From Coriobacteriales bacterium (GTDB lineage Bacteria; Actinomycetota; Coriobacteriia; Coriobacteriales; UBA8131): DNA of 35,322 bases. A program made the position numbers and the translations under genes. The notes under the pieces are model-generated. The model was not told where the DNA came from, ran no database searches, and saw only the letters and a list, made by a program, of their open reading frames with translations. Shown in pieces: positions 1-9,022 of this stretch; within the stretch, counting starts at the first letter, position 1; the number at the start of each line of letters is the position of its first letter. The DNA lies in contig JAISGJ010000030.1 of assembly GCA_031263105.1 (NCBI GenBank), positions 1 through 35,322 on the forward strand. The letters run 5' to 3'.

Positions 1-82
1 GGGATGACAGTGGGGGCCGGGATGACAGTGGGGGCCGGGATGACAGTGGGGGCCGGGATGACAGTGGGGGGTGAACAGTAAC
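1..82. mobile_element. Right end of a MITE-like element (left part outside window), with its subterminal 18-mer amplified in tandem
   Basis: GGGATGACAGTGGGGGCC x3 (1-54), then GGGATGACAGTGGGGGGTGAACAGTAAC (55-82), which matches the right terminus of the copies at 22484-22635 and 32163-32360. Confidence 0.85.
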
Positions 83-150
83 TGGGAACCGCAGCTACTG
101 GACAGCGCGTTCTGTTCCATCGTTGTCTCCTTGTCAGTCGGATTCGTATC

Positions 151-492
151 CTAGCGGGGCGGGGCGGGCGGTGGCGGGGCCTTGGGGGCGGCGGGGGGCC
201 GAGGCACGGCGGGCGCCGATGGGGCGGGAGGGGCACCGGACGGACGCGGGGGTCCCGGCACCGCAGGTGCCGCCGGCCCCGGGGCGGCACCGGGCGACTG
301 CAGGGCCGCAGGTGCCGCCGGGGCCGGGGCGCCCCCGGGCGCGCCGTGCGCTCCGGGCGTGGATGCGGCGCCGACCGAGTTGTCGACTGCGGCACCGCAC
401 TGCCTGCATTTGCGGGAGCCGAGCATGAGCTCCGCCCCGCAGCTCGGGCATTTCGGGTTCTCCATCTCTATGGTCGGCGGCCTGAAACACAT
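151..492 (-). CDS. Small zinc-ribbon protein with Pro/Ala-rich C-terminal tail (113 aa, MCFRPP...)
   Basis: ATG at 492 with GGAG upstream; CPSC-x10-CRQC motif; long PAAP/PPRP tail; same strand and downstream of the Fe-S subunit. It is the 3' part of track ORF 151..1071. Confidence 0.7.
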   Translation of the reverse strand: MCFRPPTIEMENPKCPSCGAELMLGSRKCRQCGAAVDNSVGAASTPGAHGAPGGAPAPAAPAALQSPGAAPGPAAPAVPGPPRPSGAPPAPSAPAVPRPPAAPKAPPPPAPPR

Positions 493-614
493 GGTTCGAC
501 TCCGTTCTTGTCTGTGGTCAAAGAGGGGCACGGAGCCAGGCCGCGATCGGCAACGCATAGCGCAACCAGCGGCCCGGCCCGGCCTGTCGGCACTTCCTCG
601 TCGTACTTGATTGC

Positions 615-1436
615 CTACCGCACGGGATACAGCCGTATCTCCCCCACGTTCAGCGCGTCGCAGGCATCGAGTTTGGCGATGCGTTTGGAGGCGTACCCGT
701 CCTTTTCCAGATGAAGCGTGTAGAAGCCGGGCTCGATGCCGCCCACACGGAACTCGCCGAGGAAGTCGGTACTGGCCCTGTAGACGGCGCCGTTCGAAGC
801 ACCGGCGTAGGCCAGCACGACCTTGACGCCCTCCAGGCAGCGGTCCTCGTTGGGCGAGTAGACCGCGCCGGCGACGAAGGGGCGCGGCAGGTTCACGTAG
901 GCGACGCGGGGGGCGGTGCCGTGCTCGGGGCCGAGACGCTCCAGCGGCGCATAGAGCCTGGATTCGACAAGCTCGTCCTCGTCCACATAGGACAGCGCGT
1001 CCGTGGGGCAGGCGCTGACGCAGCGCGGCCTCTCCCAGCCGGCATCGAGCAGGTGGGCGCAACCGGTGCACTTCTGGGCGATGCCCCGCTCGGCGTTCCA
1101 GTAGATGGCACCATAGGGACAGCTTTCGACGAGCGCCTTGTCACCGGCTGCCTCCGGGTCGAGGAGCACGAGGCCGTCCGCACGCTGGAGGACCGCATCG
1201 GGGGCAGCGGCCTTGCAGGCGGGCCGTGCGCACTGCTGACAGGGCACGGGCACGCGCTCCAGGCGCATGCGGCTGCCGGTCGCAGCCTGGCGCTCGCGCA
1301 CCTGGATCCAGAACTGGCCCGGGCCCTGTGGCGCGGCAACGGGGCGCCAGTCGTTGTCGCAGTGCTCGTCCTTGCAGGCGTTCTGGCAGTTGCAGCACTG
1401 GATGCAACGGCTGGGGTCTATGAGCATCGTCTTCAT
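615..1436 (-). CDS. Fe-S small subunit, pyrogallol transhydroxylase beta (BthL)-like, with C-terminal beta-sandwich domain
   Basis: CIQCCNCQNACKDEH, CQQCARPAC, CPYGAIYWN..AQKCTGCAHLLD, GTAPRVAYVNL, TDFLGEF; 273 aa; ATGA overlap with the upstream gene. Confidence 0.88.
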   Translation of the reverse strand: MKTMLIDPSRCIQCCNCQNACKDEHCDNDWRPVAAPQGPGQFWIQVRERQAATGSRMRLERVPVPCQQCARPACKAAAPDAVLQRADGLVLLDPEAAGDKALVESCPYGAIYWNAERGIAQKCTGCAHLLDAGWERPRCVSACPTDALSYVDEDELVESRLYAPLERLGPEHGTAPRVAYVNLPRPFVAGAVYSPNEDRCLEGVKVVLAYAGASNGAVYRASTDFLGEFRVGGIEPGFYTLHLEKDGYASKRIAKLDACDALNVGEIRLYPVR

Positions 1437-4174
1437 TTGCAGGCCTCCTTTGCAGCGTTCGGGGCGTAGGCGGTGTCAATGCAGTCGCCCCTCTCCCCTG
1501 TCTTGGCGGTACGGTTGAACGAGCTGTACCTGCCGGCGAACCCCTCGGGGTGCCGGGCCGCCAGCGCATCCAAGTCCACCTTCTCCACCTCGAAGAGCAC
1601 GCTGTTGAAGGCACCGCCCACGTGGTGGACCGACTGGGGGTACGGATACGAGAGGACGTTGCCGTCACCGGAGCGGTCCAGGCTCTCGTTCTCAGGGCCT
1701 ACCGGGTCGTTCCAGGCGCCGTAGGAAAGCCAGGCCACTCCGCAGGCGATGCGGTCCGAGACGACCACGCCGGCCAGCACCTCGCCACGGTCGTTGAAGC
1801 AACGGACGACCTCGCCTCCTGCCAGACCACGGGCACGGGCATCGGCGGGGTTGAGCGTGACGGGCTCGTAGCGGTAGCCGTCCGGGCCTGCGACCTTGTA
1901 GTTCTCGGCCAGCCAGTCGATCTTGTCGTACTTGCCGTGGAAGCGGAACTTGGGATGCGCCATGAGCATCTGCAGGGGGTACTGCTCGCGCTTGGCGTCA
2001 TAGGCGCCCTCTACCTCGGGGATGTAATGCGGCACGCAGGGGATCTCCGGGTTGTCCGGGCCGTAGAAGGCATGGATGAGCGTGGAGTAGATCTCCACCT
2101 TTCCCGTGGGCGTCTCCACAACGTTGGCGCCCAGCGGGCCGGGCACCGGCGTCCCGAGAGGCAGGTTGTAGTAGTCGGCGAACTGCTTGTTGGGCCGGTA
2201 GTCGGCCAGATGCGGCCACACGAAGTAGCCCTTCTCCTTGAAGTCGTCGTAGCTCATAGGGATGTTCGTGCGTGCGAACATCTTTTGGAGCAGCGTCTCC
2301 TCGGTGTTGCCCTCCATGTAGTCCTCGCCACGGCCGAGGCGCTCGGCCAGATCCGCGAAGATGTCGAGGTCGGTCTTGCTCTCGCCCAGAGGCTCGATGG
2401 CCTTCTGGTTGTAGACGGCGCTGCGCAGCGAGCTGTAGGAAGGCGGCACGTACTGGCCGACGCTGCCCGGCTCGGTTATGTCCTGCCGCTCGAATATCGT
2501 CGTGATGGGCAGCACGAGGTCGGCGTAGTGGCAGTCGCGGTCGAACCACGGCGCGGCGACGATGACCGTGTCCAGCCCCGGTGCCTGCAGGCCCTTCTTC
2601 TGGCGCTTGAGCTCCGGCGGGTTCGTGAGCGTCGAGCCGCGCTGCCAGAGCAACTTGATCTCGGAGCAGCCCGCCATCGGGTAGTGAACCTCGTCGAAGA
2701 ACATCTCCGGGCCGAAGTTGTCGATATGCCCGCCCCGCCAGGACTGCGGCGCGTCGTACATGCAGTCCATGAACTTGGTGAAGGTGATCTTGGCAGGGAT
2801 AGGGTTGGGGAAGTACCGATCCAACACCACGTTCATGCCGCCGTCGGCGTAGCCGGTGGGGCCGAGCTGCCGCATGCCGTCATAGGGGCCGGAGAGCGAG
2901 AGGCCGGTGCCTATGATGTTCGAGCCCGGTTTGCCGAGCCCCTGCATCATGGCCAGCGTGCCCATCATGCGCGCGAACTCATGGCCGAAGGTGCGCCGAC
3001 AGGCGCCGCCCTCCATGACCCAGAACGAGGTGGGCCGTGTCGCCCAGGCGCGGGCAAGCGCATATATCCTGCGCGCAGGGATGCCGCATATCTCCGCCGC
3101 CCACTCCGGCGTCTTGGCCACGCCGTCCCAGCCGGTGCCGAGGATGTACGCCTTGAAGGAGCGTCCTGCGTCCACGTCCGCAGGCAGGTTGCCGTCCCAT
3201 GCGGGATGCGCCTGCAGGTACTGCTCGTTATAGCCGCCGTCCGGCATGTTGCCCTCGTCGAAGCCGACGGTCTTCTCCCGGATGTACCGCTTGTCGTAGG
3301 TGTCCTCGGTGATCCACACCCAGGCGATGGCGGCGGCCATGGCGTTGTCGGTGCCGGGAACGATGGGAAGCCAGACGTCGGCGGCGGCCAGGCCGGTCTC
3401 GTTGAGGAGCGGGTCGATGAGGACGACCTCCTTGCCCAGGTCCTTCCAGTACTGCCACAGGCGCGCCGTGTCGATGCCGTTGTAGACGTTGTGGAGCAAA
3501 GGGTCGTTGCCCCAGAGGATGATAAGCTCGCTCTCCTCGCTGATGTCCTGCACGGTGTCCGGTGCCGGCGGCAGTCCGTGGCCCATCCAAAAGCCCCAGA
3601 GGAAGGGCCCGCCGCTCGCCCAGCCCTCCCAGGAGTTGGGCGTGAACTCCAGGTAGGTGCCGCCGATCATGTCGCGGAAGCGGAACTCGTCGCTGAAGAG
3701 GTAGTGCAGCGAGCCCCACTCCGGATGCGCGCTGTGGCTGTAGGCCAGCGCCGAGGGGCCGTACTCGTCGAGGATGCGGTTGTACTCGGCCTCGATAATG
3801 CCCATGGCCGCATCCCAGCTGATGCGCTCGTAGCCGCTGACGCCTCGGTTCTGGGCGTTGCGCCCCCCGTTGGGATCCCAGTCCACGCGCTTGTAGGGAT
3901 ACAGGACGCGGTTGTCCGAATAGGCCATCTTCTTGGATGTGATGCCCCATGGCAGCACCGGCGCCGTCAGCGGCGGCCGGTAGACCTTGCCGTTGACGTC
4001 GAGGTGCCACGCGACCACGTCCTCCTCCTCGAAGCTGAGCGGCTCCACGCGCAGGATCCTCTCGTCCTTGACGTGGACGCGCAGAGGCCCTGCGGTCGAG
4101 CAGGTGGTAAAGCGCTGCCCGTTGACGTCGAGTGCCGTGCCCGGCACCTTGTCCTGTGCACCGATATGCGACAT
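1433..4174 (-). CDS. Mo-bis-PGD oxidoreductase catalytic subunit, pyrogallol transhydroxylase alpha (AthL)/resorcinol hydroxylase-like; no signal peptide
   Basis: STAGPLRVHVKD, RVLYPYKRVDWDPNG, YERISWD, PNSWEGW, PGTDNAMA, KTPEWAAEICG, ADLVLP, TPTGKVE, HPKFRFH; AGGAGG RBS; no twin-Arg motif and no N-terminal Fe-S motif. Confidence 0.9.
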   Translation of the reverse strand: MSHIGAQDKVPGTALDVNGQRFTTCSTAGPLRVHVKDERILRVEPLSFEEEDVVAWHLDVNGKVYRPPLTAPVLPWGITSKKMAYSDNRVLYPYKRVDWDPNGGRNAQNRGVSGYERISWDAAMGIIEAEYNRILDEYGPSALAYSHSAHPEWGSLHYLFSDEFRFRDMIGGTYLEFTPNSWEGWASGGPFLWGFWMGHGLPPAPDTVQDISEESELIILWGNDPLLHNVYNGIDTARLWQYWKDLGKEVVLIDPLLNETGLAAADVWLPIVPGTDNAMAAAIAWVWITEDTYDKRYIREKTVGFDEGNMPDGGYNEQYLQAHPAWDGNLPADVDAGRSFKAYILGTGWDGVAKTPEWAAEICGIPARRIYALARAWATRPTSFWVMEGGACRRTFGHEFARMMGTLAMMQGLGKPGSNIIGTGLSLSGPYDGMRQLGPTGYADGGMNVVLDRYFPNPIPAKITFTKFMDCMYDAPQSWRGGHIDNFGPEMFFDEVHYPMAGCSEIKLLWQRGSTLTNPPELKRQKKGLQAPGLDTVIVAAPWFDRDCHYADLVLPITTIFERQDITEPGSVGQYVPPSYSSLRSAVYNQKAIEPLGESKTDLDIFADLAERLGRGEDYMEGNTEETLLQKMFARTNIPMSYDDFKEKGYFVWPHLADYRPNKQFADYYNLPLGTPVPGPLGANVVETPTGKVEIYSTLIHAFYGPDNPEIPCVPHYIPEVEGAYDAKREQYPLQMLMAHPKFRFHGKYDKIDWLAENYKVAGPDGYRYEPVTLNPADARARGLAGGEVVRCFNDRGEVLAGVVVSDRIACGVAWLSYGAWNDPVGPENESLDRSGDGNVLSYPYPQSVHHVGGAFNSVLFEVEKVDLDALAARHPEGFAGRYSSFNRTAKTGERGDCIDTAYAPNAAKEACK

Positions 4175-4195
4175 AACTCCTCCTTCTCTCTTTTG

Positions 4196-4355
4196 GTCAC
4201 TGTGTTCACACCCCCACTGTCATCCCGAGCCTGTCGAGGGATCTTCGACCGCGCAAGCGGTCGACCGCAGGTCGAAGGGCCCCCTGGCCTGCCGCCGGAC
4301 ACTGCGTGTCCAAGGATTCCTCGGCTTCGCTCGGAATGACAGTGGGGGTGTGAGC
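4196..4355. mobile_element. MITE-like element copy A (160 bp)
   Basis: Inverted arms TCACACCCCCACTGTCAT (4206-4223) and ATGACAGTGGGGGTGTGA (4336-4353); flanking direct repeat CTCTTTTG at 4188-4195 and 4356-4363. Confidence 0.88.
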
Positions 4356-4543
4356 CTCTTTTGCAGGGGAAGCGACGACTGACGCTTGCACACCGTCTTC
4401 CGACGTGCAATGATTACGTATCGTTTCCCAAGGTCTGCCTTGGTGCTATGATGGGAGACGAGCGGACGGGGCGCAGTAGGCCGAGAGATTGATTCGCCTG
4501 TACCGCTGTCGGGATATGCGTTATACGAGGGCTGGGAAACACT

Positions 4544-6073
4544 ATGGCTGAGAGTGTGACAGACCGTGATTTGCCTGTTCAGAGCGCCAGAATCAGCGAT
4601 TTGACGACGGCTCTGGTGGCACTGGGCTTCGCCTGCCTGCTGGCCGGAATACTGAGCGCCGCCCTTTCCGGGGCGTTGTTGGGCACCGAGGCGGATGCCG
4701 GCCGTGCGGCCTCTGTGGCGTCGTTCCTCTGGGCGGGCCTCCTCTTGGCACAGCTGCTCTCCTACACTCCCTATGTGGAGCAGGGGCTGCCGAGGAGCTA
4801 CCCTTTGCGCACCCTGTGCTTCGGCCTGTCCTTTACGCTGTCTTTGGCGCTCGCGGCCCTGCCTGCGCTGCTCGGCCTGGAGCTGCCGTCACCTGTCTCC
4901 GCCTTCGCGTGGCTTGTCCTCGGAGGCACGGGCGGCCTGCTGCTCCCTGTCTGGGGCAACGCCTGGACGGCCTTGGACGGGGAGCAGGCCGACAGCCGGA
5001 GCATGGCGCTCGCCGTCGCCTGGGCGACGGTGGCGACGGTGGCGCTCTGCGTCTTCACCGTCTTCGCTCCCCCGCTCGTCTCCACGGTCGCGACTTGGTG
5101 CTTCTTCATGGCAAGCGTCGTGCTCGCAGCCCACTGCACGCGCGCCATGCCCGCCTATCGGCTCATCGAGGTGCAGGTCTCCAAGGCGCACCTGAACATC
5201 CTCTCGCGCGACCTGTCGGTGCCGGCCGTGTTCACGTTGGTCTTCGGTGCCACGCTCTGCCGCCGCTTCGTGGGGCAGGGGGCGGCGGCGGCCTTCGTCG
5301 ACCTGCTCGTGGCCGCAGGGACGGCCGCGCTTGCCATGGTGCTCGTCCTGCTCGCCCTGCGGCACACCCCCCGCCAGTCCACGCTCGACCGCTGGGTCAC
5401 CGCCGTCGTCGGCTTGGCGCTGGCGCTCCCGGTTTTCGGCGGCACAGGGCTGGACGGCATTGCGGGCACGCTCATACTGGCGGCCCTCGTCTTCTATATG
5501 ATAAGCCACTTCAACGTGCTGGTCGCGCTCTCCTACCGCCACAAGGTGCTGACCCTGTATCACTACGCGCAGGGGCTCATCGCACCTCTGGGAGGCATCG
5601 CGCTGGGCTGGGCCCTCATGGCTGTCCTGTTGGCAAACGGCCTTTTGGGGCCGCAGAACCTCTGGCAGGCGTCGATGGCCTTCCTGCTGCTGATCCTGCT
5701 CATAGCCTGCCTCGTGCCCTTTGCCAGCAACCGGAACCTGGGAACCATCTTCGAGAAGGAGCCCGAGGATGCCGGCTCTGAGGCCTTCGCCCTGTCCGAC
5801 GACGCCTCCGGCCCGCGCCGCCACACGTCCGTGGGCTACTGGCAGCAGAGGATGCGCCTGGTGAGCGAGGCCTGCGGCCTCTCGCCGCGCGAGATGGAGG
5901 TCTTCGCCCTCCTTGCCAAGGGCCGCAACGCCGAGCACATCTCCAAGAGCCTCTTCATCTCCACCCACACCGTCAAGACCCACATCTACCGCATCTACCG
6001 CAAGCTCGAGGTCAACACGCAGCAGGAGCTCATCGACAGGATCGAGCAGCAGCCCACAGGCCCCGGGAGGTGA
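4544..6073 (+). CDS. Multi-pass transmembrane LuxR-family transcriptional regulator
   Basis: About 12 hydrophobic segments followed by a C-terminal HTH, LSPREMEVFALLAKGRNAEHISKSLFISTHTVKTHIYRIYRKL; divergent from the Mo enzyme. Confidence 0.92.
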   Translation: MAESVTDRDLPVQSARISDLTTALVALGFACLLAGILSAALSGALLGTEADAGRAASVASFLWAGLLLAQLLSYTPYVEQGLPRSYPLRTLCFGLSFTLSLALAALPALLGLELPSPVSAFAWLVLGGTGGLLLPVWGNAWTALDGEQADSRSMALAVAWATVATVALCVFTVFAPPLVSTVATWCFFMASVVLAAHCTRAMPAYRLIEVQVSKAHLNILSRDLSVPAVFTLVFGATLCRRFVGQGAAAAFVDLLVAAGTAALAMVLVLLALRHTPRQSTLDRWVTAVVGLALALPVFGGTGLDGIAGTLILAALVFYMISHFNVLVALSYRHKVLTLYHYAQGLIAPLGGIALGWALMAVLLANGLLGPQNLWQASMAFLLLILLIACLVPFASNRNLGTIFEKEPEDAGSEAFALSDDASGPRRHTSVGYWQQRMRLVSEACGLSPREMEVFALLAKGRNAEHISKSLFISTHTVKTHIYRIYRKLEVNTQQELIDRIEQQPTGPGR

Positions 6074-6096
6074 AGGTGCCGCCGAACGGCGCCTCC

Positions 6097-6777
6097 CTAG
6101 TCCCCGAAGCGGTAGCCGAAGCGCCAGACGGTCTGTAGGTAGCGGGGCTTCGAGGGGTTCTTCTCGATCTTCTCCCTGATCTTGGAGATAAAGACGGCAA
6201 TGCTCGAGGTTATGCCCACGTACTCCTTGCCCCAGACCTCCTCGATAAGCTGTTCATGGGTGAATATCTCTCCCGGATGGCTGGCAAGGATCACCAGTAT
6301 CATGAACTCCTTCGGGGTAAGCGCCACCGCCTTGCCCTCTATGAGGACCTTCTTCTTCTTGAGGTCGATCCTGAGTCCGTCGCTCTCGATGACGCCCTTG
6401 TCGGCGGCCTGCGGGCTCGCACCGCGACGGAAGAGGGCCTTTATGCGCATCGCGAGCTCGGAAGGGCTGAAGGGCTTGACAAGGTAGTCGTCACAGCCCG
6501 CCTCGAAGCCGATGCCCTTGTCGACGATGTCGCCTTTGGCCGAAAGGAAGATGACAGGCACCTCGGCGCCCTGCGAGCGGAGCTCGCGGCACACGTGGTA
6601 GCCGTCCATGTCGGGCATCATCACATCGAGTATCACAAGGTCGGGCTTCTCCTCGGCATAGCGCTCCAACGCCTCTGCGCCGCTGCTGGCGCCGCAGAAC
6701 GCATAGCCCTGGTTGCTCGAAAGCTGCTTTACGACGGCATGGATGGCAGGCTCGTCATCTGCAAGCAGTATCTTCAC
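6097..6777 (-). CDS. OmpR/PhoB-family response regulator
   Basis: KILLADDE, LDVMMP, FLSAK, DDYLVKPF, LTPKEF, QTVWRFGYRF; GTG start at 6777 overlaps the kinase stop (GTGA). Confidence 0.93.
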   Translation of the reverse strand: MKILLADDEPAIHAVVKQLSSNQGYAFCGASSGAEALERYAEEKPDLVILDVMMPDMDGYHVCRELRSQGAEVPVIFLSAKGDIVDKGIGFEAGCDDYLVKPFSPSELAMRIKALFRRGASPQAADKGVIESDGLRIDLKKKKVLIEGKAVALTPKEFMILVILASHPGEIFTHEQLIEEVWGKEYVGITSSIAVFISKIREKIEKNPSKPRYLQTVWRFGYRFGD

Positions 6778-8444
6778 GACAGCTCCTCCCAACTCTTCTC
6801 CCCACTGGGTATGGTCACGCTGATGACGGTGCCCTGCTTCTGCACGCTGTCGATGGCGATCTCCCCGCCGTGCAGCTCCACCAGCTCCTTTACCACGACA
6901 AGGCCCAGGCCGCTGCCGCGATAGCGGCGCATGGACGATTTGTCCGCCTGCGTGAACTTGTCGAAGACCAGATCGATGTCCTTCTGCGAGATGCCCATGC
7001 CCGTGTCGCTCACAGTGAGCACCACGGCTTCCTCCCCTTCCTTCTTCTTGACGAGGATGGAGACCCTGCCGCCCTTCTGGGTGAACTTGATGGCGTTCGT
7101 GGTGAGGTTCTCGAGGATGCGCCTGAGCTTCTCCCAGTCCGCGTAGATTATGGGCACGCCGTGCTCGAATACCGTGGTGAACTCGATGTTGCGCTGTACG
7201 GCCAAGAAGCTGAGCGTGCGCTCCACATGCCCGACGAGGTCCGCCAGGTCCACGGGCTCGCAGACCAGCTCGAGCTTGCCGGCCTCGAGGCGTGCCATCT
7301 CCAGGATGTTGTTGACCATGTTGAGGAGAATCTGGCCGTTCGTCTGTATCTCGTGTATCGAGACCAGCTCCTTCTCGTCGAGCACCTTGTGCGTCTGCTC
7401 CCACATCTCGGCAAAGGCGATGATGGAGGTGAGCGGCGTGCGCAGCTCGTGGCTCATGATGGCCAGGAAGTCGCTCTTGAACTGGTAGCTTTCTGCCAGC
7501 AGCTCGTTCGCGTCGGCAAGCTGGGCACGCTGCGACGTGAGCGTCTCGTTGACCTCGGTGAGCTGCAGCGTCCGCGCCTGCACCTGGCTTTCGAGGTTCG
7601 CATACAGGTTGCGGAGGTTCTTGGTCATCGACTCGAAGCGCATTGCGAGCTCGGATATCTCGTCGTGGTACCCGATGCCCAGGAAGTCCACGTTGAGGTT
7701 GCCCTCCTCGATGTTCGCTGCCTGGGCCTCCATGCGCCTGAGCGGGCGGCTGACCATGAGGTAGATCGCCGCCATGACGACGGAGAAGCCGGCTATCACG
7801 ACCATGACCGAGAATGCGACGTCGGAGAGGATGTTCGCGTTCATGCCCTGCAGGTAGACGTCCAGCGGCATGGTGATGCTGATTGCTCCGGCGATGTCGC
7901 CTATCTGCTGCCCCTCCTTCGGGAACCCGTAGGCGTCGAGCTCGCCGACAGGCTCGCCGTGGCACTCGAGGCATGACCGGGTTATGAGGAGCGGCTTCAC
8001 GTACCGGAATACCTGCCGGCCCTCGACATCGGTGGTGAACTCGTAGACCTCGGTGGCCTCCCTGTCCGCGAACAGGGCGGCGAGGGCCCCCTCCTCGAAG
8101 GCGTCCGGCGCATCCGCCGGCCTTCGCGTGGTCACGTTGGTGTAATGGATGACGTAGTCGGTCTCGTTCGTGAAGAACTTGCTCACCGCCTTTGCGGCGA
8201 TGACGCAGTACAGCGTGTAGTTGCCGTTGGCGTCCTTGGCGAAATTGTGCTGGTTGGCCTCGAAGAAGTCCCACATCGCATCCATCTCCTGCGAGAGGAT
8301 CTGGGCCTTTTCGAGCATCTCGTTCTCCGCCTGTGCGCCCTCTGCCTGGTTCCTCCAGGCAAAATAGGCCGCAAACATCAACAGCATGGTCACGATGACC
8401 AAGATGGAGAACTTGATGCCGAGGCCGAGCCGCCTGACCCTCAC
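6774..8444 (-). CDS. Sensor histidine kinase with extracytoplasmic c-type heme domain (DUF3365/Tll0287-like), HAMP, HisKA and HATPase domains
   Basis: TM1; NxxxR..DAPDAFE; FRYVKPL..CLECHG; GAISITMP; TM2; HAMP; MSHELRTPL; NAIKFT; DTGMGI; GSGLGL; GTG start at 8444 overlaps the previous stop, with AAGGAG RBS. Confidence 0.92.
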   Translation of the reverse strand: MRVRRLGLGIKFSILVIVTMLLMFAAYFAWRNQAEGAQAENEMLEKAQILSQEMDAMWDFFEANQHNFAKDANGNYTLYCVIAAKAVSKFFTNETDYVIHYTNVTTRRPADAPDAFEEGALAALFADREATEVYEFTTDVEGRQVFRYVKPLLITRSCLECHGEPVGELDAYGFPKEGQQIGDIAGAISITMPLDVYLQGMNANILSDVAFSVMVVIAGFSVVMAAIYLMVSRPLRRMEAQAANIEEGNLNVDFLGIGYHDEISELAMRFESMTKNLRNLYANLESQVQARTLQLTEVNETLTSQRAQLADANELLAESYQFKSDFLAIMSHELRTPLTSIIAFAEMWEQTHKVLDEKELVSIHEIQTNGQILLNMVNNILEMARLEAGKLELVCEPVDLADLVGHVERTLSFLAVQRNIEFTTVFEHGVPIIYADWEKLRRILENLTTNAIKFTQKGGRVSILVKKKEGEEAVVLTVSDTGMGISQKDIDLVFDKFTQADKSSMRRYRGSGLGLVVVKELVELHGGEIAIDSVQKQGTVISVTIPSGEKSWEELS

Positions 8445-9001
8445 GGCAGCATCTCCTTCCTGGCCTTGATGAGCAGGCTCGGTGTCGTGAGGCTCGACGA
8501 GGGGAGGCCTTCGACGTCGCCTGTCAAGGCAGGGTCGCCGAACCGTGAGCGCAGCTCCCTGAGTTCGCCGAACTGCAAGGCCCGTGTCGAACAGGCGGCC
8601 ACGCAGGCCGGGGCCTGCCCCTTGGCGACAAGGTCGAAGCAGCCGTCGCATTTTCCGACGATCATCTTGTCGGGCATGTACGCCGGGGCGTGGTAGGGGC
8701 ACATGTCGACGCAACGCTCGCAGCCGATGCACATGGTGCGGTCCTGGAGCACCAGGCCGACGTCCTCGTCCTTGGTGATGGCGGCAACCGGGCAGTTGGG
8801 CACGCATTGCGGGGCGGTGCAATGGTTGCAGGCAAGCGAGAGCGAGGCCGCCCACACATAAGGGAAGACGCCGCCCTCGAAGTCCAGGACTTCTCTGAAC
8901 AGTGTGCCGACAGGGAGGTTGTTCTTGTCCTTGCACGCAATCTGACAGGTCTTACAGCCAGAACACTGTGTGGCATCGATGAAAAAGCCCAACTGGGCCA
9001 T
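8441..9001 (-). CDS. 4Fe-4S dicluster protein, DmsB-like (paralogue 2)
   Basis: CSGCKTCQIACKD, CNHCTAPQCVPNCP, CIGCERCVDMCP, KCDGC..PACVAAC. Confidence 0.92.
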   Translation of the reverse strand: MAQLGFFIDATQCSGCKTCQIACKDKNNLPVGTLFREVLDFEGGVFPYVWAASLSLACNHCTAPQCVPNCPVAAITKDEDVGLVLQDRTMCIGCERCVDMCPYHAPAYMPDKMIVGKCDGCFDLVAKGQAPACVAACSTRALQFGELRELRSRFGDPALTGDVEGLPSSSLTTPSLLIKARKEMLP

Positions 9002-9022
9002 GTCCGTCTCCCTGAGCCTGCC

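Noticed and set aside
1..72. CRISPR-like array
   Set aside because: The units are contiguous 18-mers with no spacers, they match the MITE end, and no cas genes are present.
91..103. GCAGCTACTGGAC resembling GCAACTACTGGAC at 32120-32132, both near MITEs
   Set aside because: A 13-bp match with one mismatch, at different positions relative to the elements; could be chance.
493..1071. 5' extension of ORF 151..1071
   Set aside because: It overlaps the Fe-S subunit gene in another frame; ATG 492 has its own RBS.
1550..4339. Long antisense ORFs (929 aa here; also 10354-12126, 19559-21373, 26497-28029, 28030-29805, 30604-32067, 33431-35143)
   Set aside because: They shadow well-supported genes on the opposite strand, as expected in high-GC DNA, and show no recognisable motifs.
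4196..4410. Short ORFs across MITE copies (4206..4391, 22485..22736, 25937..26224, 32185..32367) sharing TVIPSEAEES / HCHSERSRGI peptides
   Set aside because: They are translations of the repeat itself; frames and lengths differ between copies.
6097..8936. 725-aa regulator and 720-aa kinase as given in the ORF track
   Set aside because: The upstream extensions overlap other genes out of frame; GTG starts at 6777 and 8444 have RBSs and GTGA coupling.
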